Positions 48,693 through 61,200 of a DNA stretch of 64,000 nucleotides are shown here, piece after piece. A program made the position numbers and the translations under genes. Numbering within the stretch: position 1 is the stretch's first letter; each line of letters begins with the position of its first letter. The notes below the pieces were generated by a model, which had not been told where the DNA came from, made no database searches, and was given only the letters and a program-made list of their open reading frames with translations. Source of the DNA: Octopus vulgaris. Taxonomy: Eukaryota. The stretch spans positions 3,038,001 to 3,102,000 of the forward strand of contig OX597837.1 in the NCBI GenBank assembly GCA_951406725.2, in the 5' to 3' direction.

Positions 48693-51600
48693 TAAAAACA
48701 GTAAGATAACAAAAGAGAAAGAAAGAGACCTCAATATTATATAAATAGAGGAAATTTATTTGTAAAATAATATGTGACAATTATTCAATAGCCAAGATAA
48801 AACTCTGAGTTTCGGAAGCCGAGGTGGAAATCCACAACACCATCTCTTCGGTTATCTGGCCATATATATATACGTGTACATATAATTGAAAATGTGAAAA
48901 GAAATGGCGTTTCTAATAATTTTTCCAATTCTTCAAAATGTATTTATACATATTGAAAGCAACCACTGAAAATTTTTGACTGAGAGTTCAATAGAGAGCA
49001 AAGGATCTTAGATGTGGACAAGATTTGTGCTCTTTCAGCTAAACAAAGCCTACATTTATTCGATCCATTCACATAAGGTATGGTTTTCTCAGTTACTTTC
49101 CATTTCAACACATGCAGTGTTTCGTTATCTTTCAAAGTCCATACGTAGCTAGCCAATGTAGTAGCTTTACTTTTGTCTTTATGTCAGAAGGAGGCTATGT
49201 GATTGGCATAGCGATTTTTAAATTCACCTTCACATAATCTAATATAGGTCTTTTTATCAGTTGTATTATTATTTAGGGTTACAGTAGCTTCTGCCTCACA
49301 TATGACAGATTTAATTATACATTGCTGGTCAAGTGGACAGCATCCGGGGCTCACGACAGCTGCAACAGGATTTAGGCTCTTGCTATTGACCACATGTAAT
49401 GATACTCTTCATACTGGGGCAGCAGCTAAATGATAATTTCACAGAACACCTATTAAATATTTTCCTGTATCTGTGAGTTGCTGGAAAGCACTTGTCTAGG
49501 AGAGACAGGAATCGTTTACCTCTGTTAGTTTTTATATTAAGGGAAAAGAGAGGGGCAAACTAAATAATTTTCCCTGGCCTATTTTTAGGTTTCTTATTAT
49601 TATTCTGATTAATACTAGAGTGGTTATGTATTACTTTATCTTTGATGTCACTAGATCTATTGATAGTTTGATTATTATTAAAGAGGTTATATATTATTTT
49701 TAAAGCCACTATTGACTAACGCCTTGTAACAGGGGGCAGCTTTCTTGATAATTTCTTTAGAAGAGCAGTTAGACACTGTTACTAATATTAGCTATCAGGC
49801 TTTCAAATATTACAAGAGGGTGACACGACTATTTATATATGCAAGTTTCTCATGGAAAGGTTTATACAAGGAGTTTAGATCTAGGGAAACATCTAAATGA
49901 TCGACTACAGAGGGATTAATAGCTACTGTAATTAAAGGCAGAAATGAGTTGCTTTCTATCAAGGGTGTGACCATCACACCCATGGGAAACACCCAAACTT
50001 TTGTCACAGTATAGGCCAACATCAGGAGATGGGTGTCTATATCTCAATGTGTTTAATATAAATAAGCCCACGAGATCTCAGCTACGTATGGACTTTGAAA
50101 GATAATGAAACACCATGTGATTAAATGGAAAGTAATCGAGAAATCCATACCTTATGTGAATGGATCGAATAAATATAGGCTTTGTTTGGCTGAAAGGGAA
50201 CTGATCCTGTTCAGATCTAAGATCCCTAACTCTCTGTTCAACTCCAGATCAGGAATTTTCAGTGGTTGCATACATATGTATAAATATATTTTGAAGAATT
50301 GGAAAATTCTGCCTATCCCTGACTGACTTGATATCTTTCCAGTCTTATCATTTAAGGTCTGAGGAGGATAGCTTTTTTACCTTTTTACTTTTTATTTTTT
50401 ACATTTTAGTTTGTTTTTCATTTTATGTTTTTTACTTTCTGCATTTTCTATATGCTGCCTTCTCAGTTTTTTCACATTTCTTCTATTATTCAATTTCTTT
50501 AGTTCGCTATGATATGTGATTTGTACCTGAAGAATATGTTTGAGTATTTCTCAGTATATGAAACTATTAGTAGCACTTAAATACATGTATTGTGTCCTTT
50601 AAATAAATTATATATATATATGAATGTATGTAAGGAGGTCTTTATGTATGTATTACCTCGTACAACATAAAAAATATTTTTGTTGTTTTTGTAAAATCTC
50701 AGAAAATAATTAAAAATTTACATTTTTTTTTGCCGCTACCGTTTAAATGTTTGAACTTATACACTAATGTGCTTTGCTTTCCTTTCTCCACGAAATTTAA
50801 TCCTTTAATTCTTTAAACCCTTCCGGTATAAAAGTTAATTTCGTTCGTTTCTCTATGCTACCCTAAAACATCGCCATTCGTTCGTTTCTTTAAGGTACCT
50901 TCAATCCTTTAATTCGATCTTCGCCATTCGCGGTGCGCCTGCCCTTTCCCACCCCCACCACCAATACCGGTGAACACTGTTCACACCATCTACACCGGAT
51001 ATGCCCTTCCCCACCACCATTACGTGTGTCTCTCCCTCCTACCCCTCCTCCTCACATGCTTTCACTGTGTATTACCCCTCCCCCCACCAAGACAAGCAGC
51101 TAGCGCTGCAGCTCATCAACCGCCCCACTTATCTTACATTTCCTCCTGTTTTGAATCTGTCACTGCCTCAACTGGCTATCTCCTTCCAGTCCCCTCCCCC
51201 ACTCGTGATATCCTACGTTTTATTTCCTATGAACCTGCACCAACCCTACCTGTCATCGTTCCTCCTTACCCCAACCCTCCCCACTGGTGCTTCCCTATAT
51301 TACCTGCACCCCCAAAAAGCACCATCCGAACGTGGCCGATGCCAGCGCCGCCCCGACTGGCCCCTGTGCCGGTGGCACATAAAAAAAAAAAAAAAAGACC
51401 ATCCGAATGTTGCCAGCGCCGCCTTGGCTGGCTTCCGTGCCGCTGGCACGTTAAAAGCTCGAACCGATCGTGACCGATGCCGGACCCCCCCCCCGGCACC
51501 TGTGCAGGTGGCACGTAAAAAGCACCCACTACACTCGCGGAGTGGTTGGCGTTAGGAAGGGCATCCAGCCGTAGAAACTCTGCCAGATCAGACTGGAGCC

Positions 51601-53690
51601 TGGAGCAGCCCTGGCTTCCCAGACCCCGGTCGAACCGTCCAACCCGTGCTAGCGCGGAAAACGGACGTTAAACGATGATGATGATGATGAGTATATTATC
51701 ATCACCCTCATTTAACATCCGTTGTCCATCCTGGCATGGGTTGGATGGTTTGACCAGGGCTGGCAAGCTGGAAGGCTGCACTAAACTCCAGTCTGATTTG
51801 GCATGGTTTCTACAGCTGGATGCCCTTCCTAATACCAACTACTCTTAGAGTGTAATGGGTATTTGTACATGCCACTGGCACAGGTGCCATTTGTCTAACA
51901 CCAGTATTTGCCATGACTGCAATTTTTTTCAGCTTGATGGGACTTCTCAAGCACGACATAATGGCAAAGATCTGTCATTGCCTCCATGAAGACCAACACT
52001 CAAAGGAACTCAGCCACTTTGCCTCCATATATACGACGGGCTTCTTTCAGTTTCCATCTACCAAATCCACTCTCAAGGCTTTGGTCGGCCTGAGGGTATA
52101 ATAGAAGACACTTGCTCAAGGTGCCATGCAGTGGGACTGAACTCAGAACCATGAAGTTGGGAAGCAAGCTTCTTACCACATATCCGTGCCTACACTTGGC
52201 TTCTTACAACACAGCCGCACCTACCTCCATGATGCCCAATGCTCAAAAGGAATTCAGCCACTTTACCTCCATGAGGTCCAACATGCAAAAGGTGCTCTTT
52301 ACAAGCCACCAGCACGGGTGCCAGTTACATGACACCAGCATCAGTCATGACTGATTTCACTTGGATTGACGGGTTTTCTCAAGCACAGCTTATCGCCAAA
52401 AGTCTTGCTCACTGGTCATTGCTTTCATGAGACTCAAAGCTTGAACATCATGCTTCACCACCTCGTCCCATGTCTTCCTGGGTCTACTTCTAACACAAGT
52501 TTCCTCCACTGTTAGAGATCAGCACTTCTTTACACAGCTGTCCTCATCCATATGCATCACATGACCATACCATATATATATATATATATATATATATAGG
52601 CACAGGAGTGGCTGTGTGGTATGTAGCTTGCTTACCAACCACATGGTTCCGGGTTCAGTCCCACTATGTGGCACCTTGGGCAAGTGTCTTCTACTATAGC
52701 CTCAGGCTGACCAAAAGTTTGTGAGTGGATTTGGTAGATGGAAACTGAAAGAAGCCCATCGTATGTATGTGTGTGTGTGTGTCTGTCTGTTTGTCCCCAA
52801 CATCGCTCTTGACAACCGATGCTGGTGTGTTTACTAGGCTTTTCAAAGAATAAGTCCTGGGGTTGATTTGCTCAACTAAAGGCGGTGCTCCTGCATGGCC
52901 GCATTCAAATGACTGAAACAAGTAAAAGTGTAAAAGAGTATATATATGCATTTACATCAATCTGCACACATGTATTATGCAGAAAGGATTATAATCCAAG
53001 TTGTGTCTTCTTGAAGCAAACCTACTTATTATTCCAGTTCTCCAAAATTCTATGCAGATGTTATATCTGTGTAAGTTATTAAGAATGGAAAAATACTGGA
53101 AAATACTTTTAGCAGATTAATTACATATCAAAATGGGAGATTAGAAAAACGATTGGGGATTATTTATTCGCAACTGGTAGAAATATAATACCAAACGTTT
53201 TTGGGTTTTTTTTCCAATCTCCTGTTTTGGTATAAGAAAATGAGATGACAAAAGAAGAAACAATTATTTTATGAACATTAGCTTACTCTTTATGTTTGAG
53301 GCTCTGCTGAGGTTATAAGGTGTTACTCAGGCACTCAACTACGAGTTCACTGTCTCTTGAAGCAGAAACAACTGTAACCTAATGAAATTCACAAGATAAT
53401 CGCTTATTCCTTTGTCATCTCATTCTTTTACAACCAGTCTGGACTCAACTAATGCGTTAATCCTACGCATATGTAGATAAAGTATATAGGTCAATAGTAT
53501 GGCAATGCCAGAGTAAAATATTAAACCACACACACATACACATTGAGAGAATGTTAATGATGCAATGACAAACAAAGTAGAATGTTTTATATTGTTATTT
53601 TAAAAGAAAGTAAATATACAAAAACATCAAAAATATTTCAAACGACTTGTCACCACTCACTCCCCGTCTCTCTGTGTCACTAACTCTCAC

Positions 53691-53728
<38 letters not shown>

Positions 53729-56700
53729 TGCAATGCCTTTGTTTTGCATGTGAAAACAAAATGTTTACTTGAAATGAAGAAATATATGAATCATTTCTCT
53801 CTCCTGTTAAAAATAGCAGGAGAAGGAGACAGAGCAGCAGGTGAGAGAATGAACCTGACAAACAAACAGGTGGTGGGTGGGTGTATTATATATATATAGA
53901 TATATATATATTACTGTCAGGTCGCTCTAGAGTGCTACTGGTAACATGTAATCCAATACAACCTGTTGCATGGTTGAGACGTCGGCGACTAAACTGACAA
54001 CCCCACCAGGCTCGCTTGGTGAGGAGGGTGCTGTTGGACACCCTGTGGGATGGAAAAATAAGACCCAACAAAGGGTGGATGAACTCCTGAACAGTCAACG
54101 GCCATCCAACAAAATGCCAGCCTGCCCGCCCAGCCAGTGGGATGGCGTCATCTTATGGCTAAAACAGCACGAAGAACGAAGAGAAAAGGAAAAGGGCCTC
54201 AGTACCCTGCACGTCAATCGGGCCACTCCATAACGGCAGAGTGCAGCCCGAGCGACGAGAGGCTGCTAAGAATCACAGGTTCCCAAGGGCTGTCATGGAA
54301 CAGGACTAAACTCGCCATATGCACCTACAACTGCAGGTCCTTGGCAGGGTGGCAAGAACTGAACCACCTAATGGAGGAGAGGAAGAAGATCAGGTGCGAT
54401 GTGTTCGGGCTGTGTGAGACACGTGAGGTGGCTCTACATCGGAAACAGCCTATTCAGGAAGAGGGAGAGGAAGAGATGGACCTGGATATCGCCGAACTCT
54501 AAGCACCGGAGTGAGATCGACTACATCCTGGTTGATAAGCGATGCATATTACATGACGTCTCCGTCGTGATGCCATTCAATACTGGCAGCGATCATCGTC
54601 TGGTGAGGGTGAGGGTCGTCATTGACAGGAAGAGGGAGAAGATGGCGCTGTATTTGGCGTCGAATGGAAAAACGTGTCCGAGTCTACAATGAGGCAAAGC
54701 TGCAGGAAGCCATCATGCAGGAAAACTGGTGCCAAGGAGACAACATAGACGATGACTACAACTCACTGATAGGGAAACTGAAGGAGTGTTTAAGGAAGGC
54801 TAAGGGAGTATGTCTAAGAGAAAAGAAGGGAAGAATCTCGGAAGAAACTACGAAGTTACTCGAGAAGAGGAAAAATATGAAGAGGACTATTGAAGATCAC
54901 CTTGAATATTCCATTCTCAGCAGAGTGATTCGTCAGCAACTAAAGAAAGACTTTGAGGCATACCGGATGGAGAAGCTCTTGAAGGCCGCAGAGGAAAAAA
55001 AGACCCTCAAGAAATGCAAGAGGGACATGGTACTATATAGATCGGAGGTGACGGCCCTGAAGAATACAGATGGAATACCGGTCAACGATAAGAGCGAGAT
55101 GAAAAAAGTTTGCGAAGACTTCTACACCAAGCTCTTTGAGTCTACCAGAAATGTCCAGCCGTTACCATCACTCCAACAGGAAGAAAATGTGCCACCTATC
55201 CTTGTCAGTGAAGTTGAAAGAGCCATCGGCTTGATGAAAAATGGAAAGGCGCCAGGGAAAGACGATATAACATCGGAGGTGCTAAAGTCAGGCAGTGAGC
55301 AGCTCTGGAAATTCCTCGCTGAGAGATTTACGCACTATCTAGACGAAAGGAAGAATTCCCTCGCAATGGAAAAAGTCAAATACCATCCTGCTATATAAGA
55401 AGGGTGACAGAGAAGATCTAAAGAACTACCGACCCATATGCCTGCTGTCTCACGTGTACAAGCTGTTCACAAAAATAATTCTGAACAGGTTATCACGTCA
55501 TCTCGACGAACAACAACCGAGAGAAGAACTACAGCATGATGGACCATATATTTACTCTAACACAACTGGTTGAGTGAGCGAATGAGTACCAGCTGCCTCT
55601 TTGCGTTGCATTTGTAGACTATGAGAAGGCTTTCGATAGTGTTGAAACCAACGCAGTGCTGAACTCGCTGCAGAGGCAAGGAGTTGAAGCGCAATATGTG
55701 CAACTGCTCAGGGAGGCAAATTCCGGATGCACCACCGACATAGCTCTGCTGTCATCACCAATACGAGTGCCGGTCGAGAAGGGAGTGAAGCAAGGAGATA
55801 CGATCTCCCCAAAACTTTTCACCGCATGTCTCAAGATCATCAGAGGCATCGACTGGCAAGGCGGTGTCAACATCAATGGCGAGCTCTTCACCCATACTCA
55901 TCACTGAAACCACGGATCAGCTTCAGACCATGCTGACGGAGCTCGACATCAAAAGCTTTACAGTAGGTCTCAAGATGAACCGCATGAAAACGAAGTTCAT
56001 GCGGTCAGACAATGTACCAACAGGTCGAATGGTGATCGGCAGTGATGAAAAAGAGGAGGTAAAGGAATATGTCTACCTGGGACAGGAAGTGAATATGTGC
56101 CAAGATATCGAAAAGGAGATCTCACGGAGAGTAAGGGCCAGATGGAAGGCGTTTAATGGCATAAAGGATGTGCTCAAGGGAAGGTTGGACAGGACCACCT
56201 GCACCAACCACATCAACAGTACAGTTCTACCTGCAATGTTATATGGTAGTGAAACATGGGCTACCACAAAGAGAGAAGAGCAAAGACTGGTAACGGCTCA
56301 AAGAGCCATGGAAAGGTCAATGCTTGGTATCTCGTTGAGAGAGCACATCAGTAGCGAGATCATCAGAAAGAAGTCCGGCGTGAGGGATGTCATTACAGAG
56401 TATGCACACAGCAAGTTTAGATGGGCTGGACACATCGCCCGGCTCACCAATAATTGGTGGACCCGCACAGTTGTCGAGTGGTACCCGCGCAAGTGGAAAT
56501 GACCACCCAGGAGGCCTCCACGACGGTGGAGTTACGATTTGAGGAAGCCGATTGGGATGACATGGATGAGAACGGCGCGATCCAGAGAGGAGTGGACAGG
56601 GTAGATCAGTAGCCACTACACATTTTTTTTTCTCTCCTTGTTTCTTTCTGTAGAAGAGCATAGGCTTGAAACGTAAAAGAATTTTTCAATTCCTGAGCGT

Positions 56701-56928
56701 TATACTAATACATCTGTTTGTTTTCTACACCACCTGTCTTTGTCTTTTGTTGTTTTTGTGAACTCTCCCTATATATATATATATATATATATATCACCTT
56801 GATTGACCAGTCCGTTGGGCATCCATTTGACACCGCTGGTCACAGTACCCTGTCCACTCCTCTCTGGATCGCGCCGTTCTCATCCATGTCATCCCAATCG
56901 GCTTCCTCAAATCGTAACTCCACCGTCG

Positions 56929-56976
<48 letters not shown>

Positions 56977-57044
56977 ATTCTATCGGACTCTCTTTTGCAA
57001 ACTGCTAAGTTACTTCTTGTCAAGCAATTAACACACAAACAAAT

Positions 57045-57083
<39 letters not shown>

Positions 57084-58175
57084 ACAGTTTCCATCTACCA
57101 AATCCACTCACAAGGCTTTGGTCGGCCCGAGGCTATAGTAGAAAACACTTGCCCAAGGTGCCATGCAGTGGGACTGAACCAGGAACCATGTAGTTGAGAA
57201 TCAAGCTTCTTACCACACAGCCACACCTGCACCTATATATAATTAAGAACCAAGAGAAGAGCAGAGATTTATTCACATCCAAAACATTTTTTATTAAAAA
57301 CTTTTCTTCAGCATATATAGAAGTGACCAACATATGTTTCTACTGCTCTGTATGCAATTATGCATTCTTGTCGCTGCAGTTTCATCAAGGGTCTGTCACT
57401 TATGTTTTCAAAGTGAGCTAAAAAAGAAGTTAAAAGTGACCAATGGCCATAGGCATATAACCTTTTGTTGGACGTAAGGGATAGGTCGCCCACATAAGAT
57501 GGAATTTCTGTTTTAACAGAAATTTTTCAGATTTTTTTCACAGTGTCCCTGGAAATTATGGAGGGTAACTTTTTATCAAAAACAAAAATTTTCGTAAAAT
57601 GACTTTTTTTTACAACCCCTCTGGTTCAATTTTGGTCGATTATGTGGGCACTATACCCTTAAAAATGAAGAGAGATCCCTTTTCGTTAAAAAAAAAGTTT
57701 TTCAATCACATATTCATAAATTTCTTAACTCAATACTTAGAATTTTTTTGGTTTTTTATAAAATCTTTTTTCATTACTCAAAAGTATCAGATAGTTGCTT
57801 GATGTGTTAAAAGCAACAGCTAAATTGCCTTCAACTTTTTACATAGTGAAGTTGTAGTCAACACCATATTTATGAATTTGTTTCTCTGGAATTTTTATTT
57901 AAACTTTTCCTATTACCCAGGAAAAAGTTAAAGATGCTTTAGGTGTTGTTTTTTAGCATGTCTCACGACCATCTGATACCTTGCTTGTTTCTTTGTTTAA
58001 TATTTTTCTCCCCATAAACACATTTGAATAATGCAAGAAAAAAAAAAAAATTTCATGTATCATGTTAAGAAATTCATAAATATGGTGTTGAAATTTTTTT
58101 TCTTTTTACAAAAAGGTTTTTCCCCTTGTTTTTAAGTGCATAGTACCCACAAAATCGAAAGAAGCCCATCGTGCA

Positions 58176-58212
<37 letters not shown>

Positions 58213-61200
58213 CAATTTAGCTAGGTGTTAAAATCACCTAAGGGATATTAAAGATATGAAGAATTTACTGGTTTTTATTACCTATATCAATAACAATGTT
58301 ATTCCATTGTATGTAAATAAACATACAGTTTACTACATAAATATAAATAAGAAATGGTAAACAAAACAATAAGTGAGCGGATATTTAGATAGAAAACGCA
58401 AAGCACATGCAAAATATACCCTTGATGTTTTCTGCCTGAACACATGTGAGTGGACACATGTGAGTGGACACATGTGTAGAAAGTGATTTATTCCCTGTTT
58501 CACAGTTCAAAAGACAAATTTCACGCAACACTGCATTTATTTTCAAAGCCAAATAATATCCATTAACATCGTTGATTACACACAACCCAGCTGGATTGTG
58601 CAATTAATTACGAGTTTACTATTTTTCTAAAGGGCGACAATGGTGAAAAGTAAGAGTAAGTAATACGGTGCCAATCCTTCAGATTTCCGTGTGTAAATAT
58701 ATGAGGGAGGGGGATAAAATTAATAACCGGGGCAAAATGAGTAACTTCTGATTTCTCATTTTTTCCTTCCCTGTTTGAAATATTACATTGCAAGTATATG
58801 TTTTAAAATTAAAAAAAGGAAAACCGGAAAGACTTCTGCCTCCCCCCCCCCCCACCACCACCATTTTCTCCCAAATTTGTTTATTTTTGTAATTTTTTTT
58901 TTGCCAACAACCACCGTTTTCGGATACAGAAATTCCGGAAAATTGCCAAAAGTCGACATTGTGAAATTTTCCCCACCTTTTCACCCCAACTTCTTCAATT
59001 TTGACTTTTTTCCCCAACACTAACCCTAAAACCGTAACCGTAAGTACAGAAATGTTTTGAAATTTTTTTAAAGGGTTTTTTTTTGGGGGGGGGGGGGGGG
59101 GGCAAAGTCTTGCCGAAAAACCTTAGAGTCTTTGAGGTAATTCAGGGATTCCACACGCGCAGTGTAAGTAAATAATAGTCTAGGAGTCAGAGAGAGAACC
59201 TCTGATTTAGTAAGACTAATTTAACCGATTTAATTGCTTTTATATATAAACACTAGCCGAGAGACCAGCATATCATTTCTAGGCGATACCCTGTTTTGTA
59301 TTCAGAGGTCGTTGTTAACGGACAGCTACAACTTAAATATACAAAAAGACAGCATGTATACAATGTATATATGCAGACATGTACAGCATGTATACGTTGC
59401 ATAGAGAGAGGTGAAGTGAAATATTTAACTTGTCGTCATGACCCGTCCTTGTCTATCCTGTATTGTCCCTCTATGTTTAAGCCCTTTGTGGAAAATAAAG
59501 AATTAAGTTTCTTGCCGAACAACCACAGATGATTTGTTTATAGTGATTAAATGTTTGTGTACACATAAGCTCACTCCCTCCAATAGATCGACATTACCTG
59601 TACAGGTGCAACTGGATGGCACATGTCAGAGGACGAAATGACCGCAGAGCAACATGAAATGAAGTGCATTGCTCAAGAACACAACACAACGCCAGGTCTG
59701 GGAATCGGACCCACGATCTCACAATCGTGAGTGCAACACCCTAACCACTAAGCCATGAGGTGTGAGAGAGGATTTACGTTTCTATCCGACTTTCATGTGA
59801 TTACAGCCAACAAATAACACACGGATAATAAACGAGGGAGTGCTGAAAAGTTCTTGGCTTTAGAGGTGTCACAAAAGTCCTAGTTGGAGACCCAACCTTC
59901 CAAATTCTTTTACAAGGCTTAGAAAAACTGAAGGGCCACTGCAACAAGTGTGTGAATCTGAGAGGGGAATATGGTGAATAGAATCATAATTAACTGATGC
60001 TCCTGTATTTGTTTTTTACCCAAAGCCAGGAACTTTTCAGCCCCAGCCCCTCATATACGTATGTAGAGAGAGAGAGGGGGAGAGGGAGATATGAAATTAT
60101 ATGAAACCTGGAACCACAAAGGCCTTAATATCCACATCAACAAATATAGAAATGCTACGCTCTGGTATTATTGGAACTTTTATCTAATCAACTCAAGTCA
60201 GTCTCGATTCAACGGTGTTCCACCTAAGAGCACCACATCTACTCTTTTACTTGTTTCAGTCATATGACTGTGGCCATGCTGGAGCACTGCCTTTAGTCGA
60301 GCAAATCGACCCCTAGTACTTATTCTATCGGTCTTTTTGCCAAACCAGACGTAAACATACCAGCATCGGCTGGCAAGTGATGTTGGGGAGACAAACACAG
60401 ACACACAAACATATGCACGCACATACATATATATACGACGGGCTTCTTTCAGTTTCCATCTACCAAATCCACTCGCAAGGCTTTGGTCGGCCAGCGGCTA
60501 CAGTAGAAGACACTTACTCAAGGTGCCACACAGTGGGACTGAACCCAGAACCATGTAGTTGGTAAGCAAGCTACTTACCACACAGCCACTCCTACACCTG
60601 TTTATTTTTCAGTCAAGTACAGAGTACCTAAGAGTATATCATAGGACATGTCAAGGATTTTCATATATAAGTGACGAAGAGGGAGGACAGGATGTAATTC
60701 GAGGGAAATTTTGCGCTGCTATATCAAGCAGATCACATATGTGATCTATGTTCTCAATATAGAGGTCAGAACCAAGGGACCGAAAGCCAACAATAAACAG
60801 ATGTACAAAATAGGACCTACGAGATCAAGAAGTTTAAAATTGAAGTGATCAATGTTTCAGTGGGATCTAGTCTAATTAAAAGGGACTGATTTTGTGAGTG
60901 AGACAGACTAGATCCTTTAAGTGTGGTATTTGTTATGCATGTTTGACACATAAACTTGAAATGCCACACGACACATCTGTTACCTGAGGTTTCCATTAAC
61001 AGTAACCCCTTTACTGCAAAGCATTCGAGTCAGGTTTCCTGATTGACGACATCTGTCTACCTTCATTCAGTTAATCTTAAATGCCCTTAGAAAAGCGCCG
61101 AGTCTACCTTCTCAGCTGGTACACAAAACACAGAGAGAGCGGGAGCTCGTTTTGAGTCTTATATATTTACACAAATTCTGATGCATTATATTAACTGTAT

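Noticed and set aside
50970-51555. Overlapping 167- and 184-aa Pro-rich ORFs
   Set aside because: C-rich low-complexity DNA running into an RTE-type 3' repeat; no domain.
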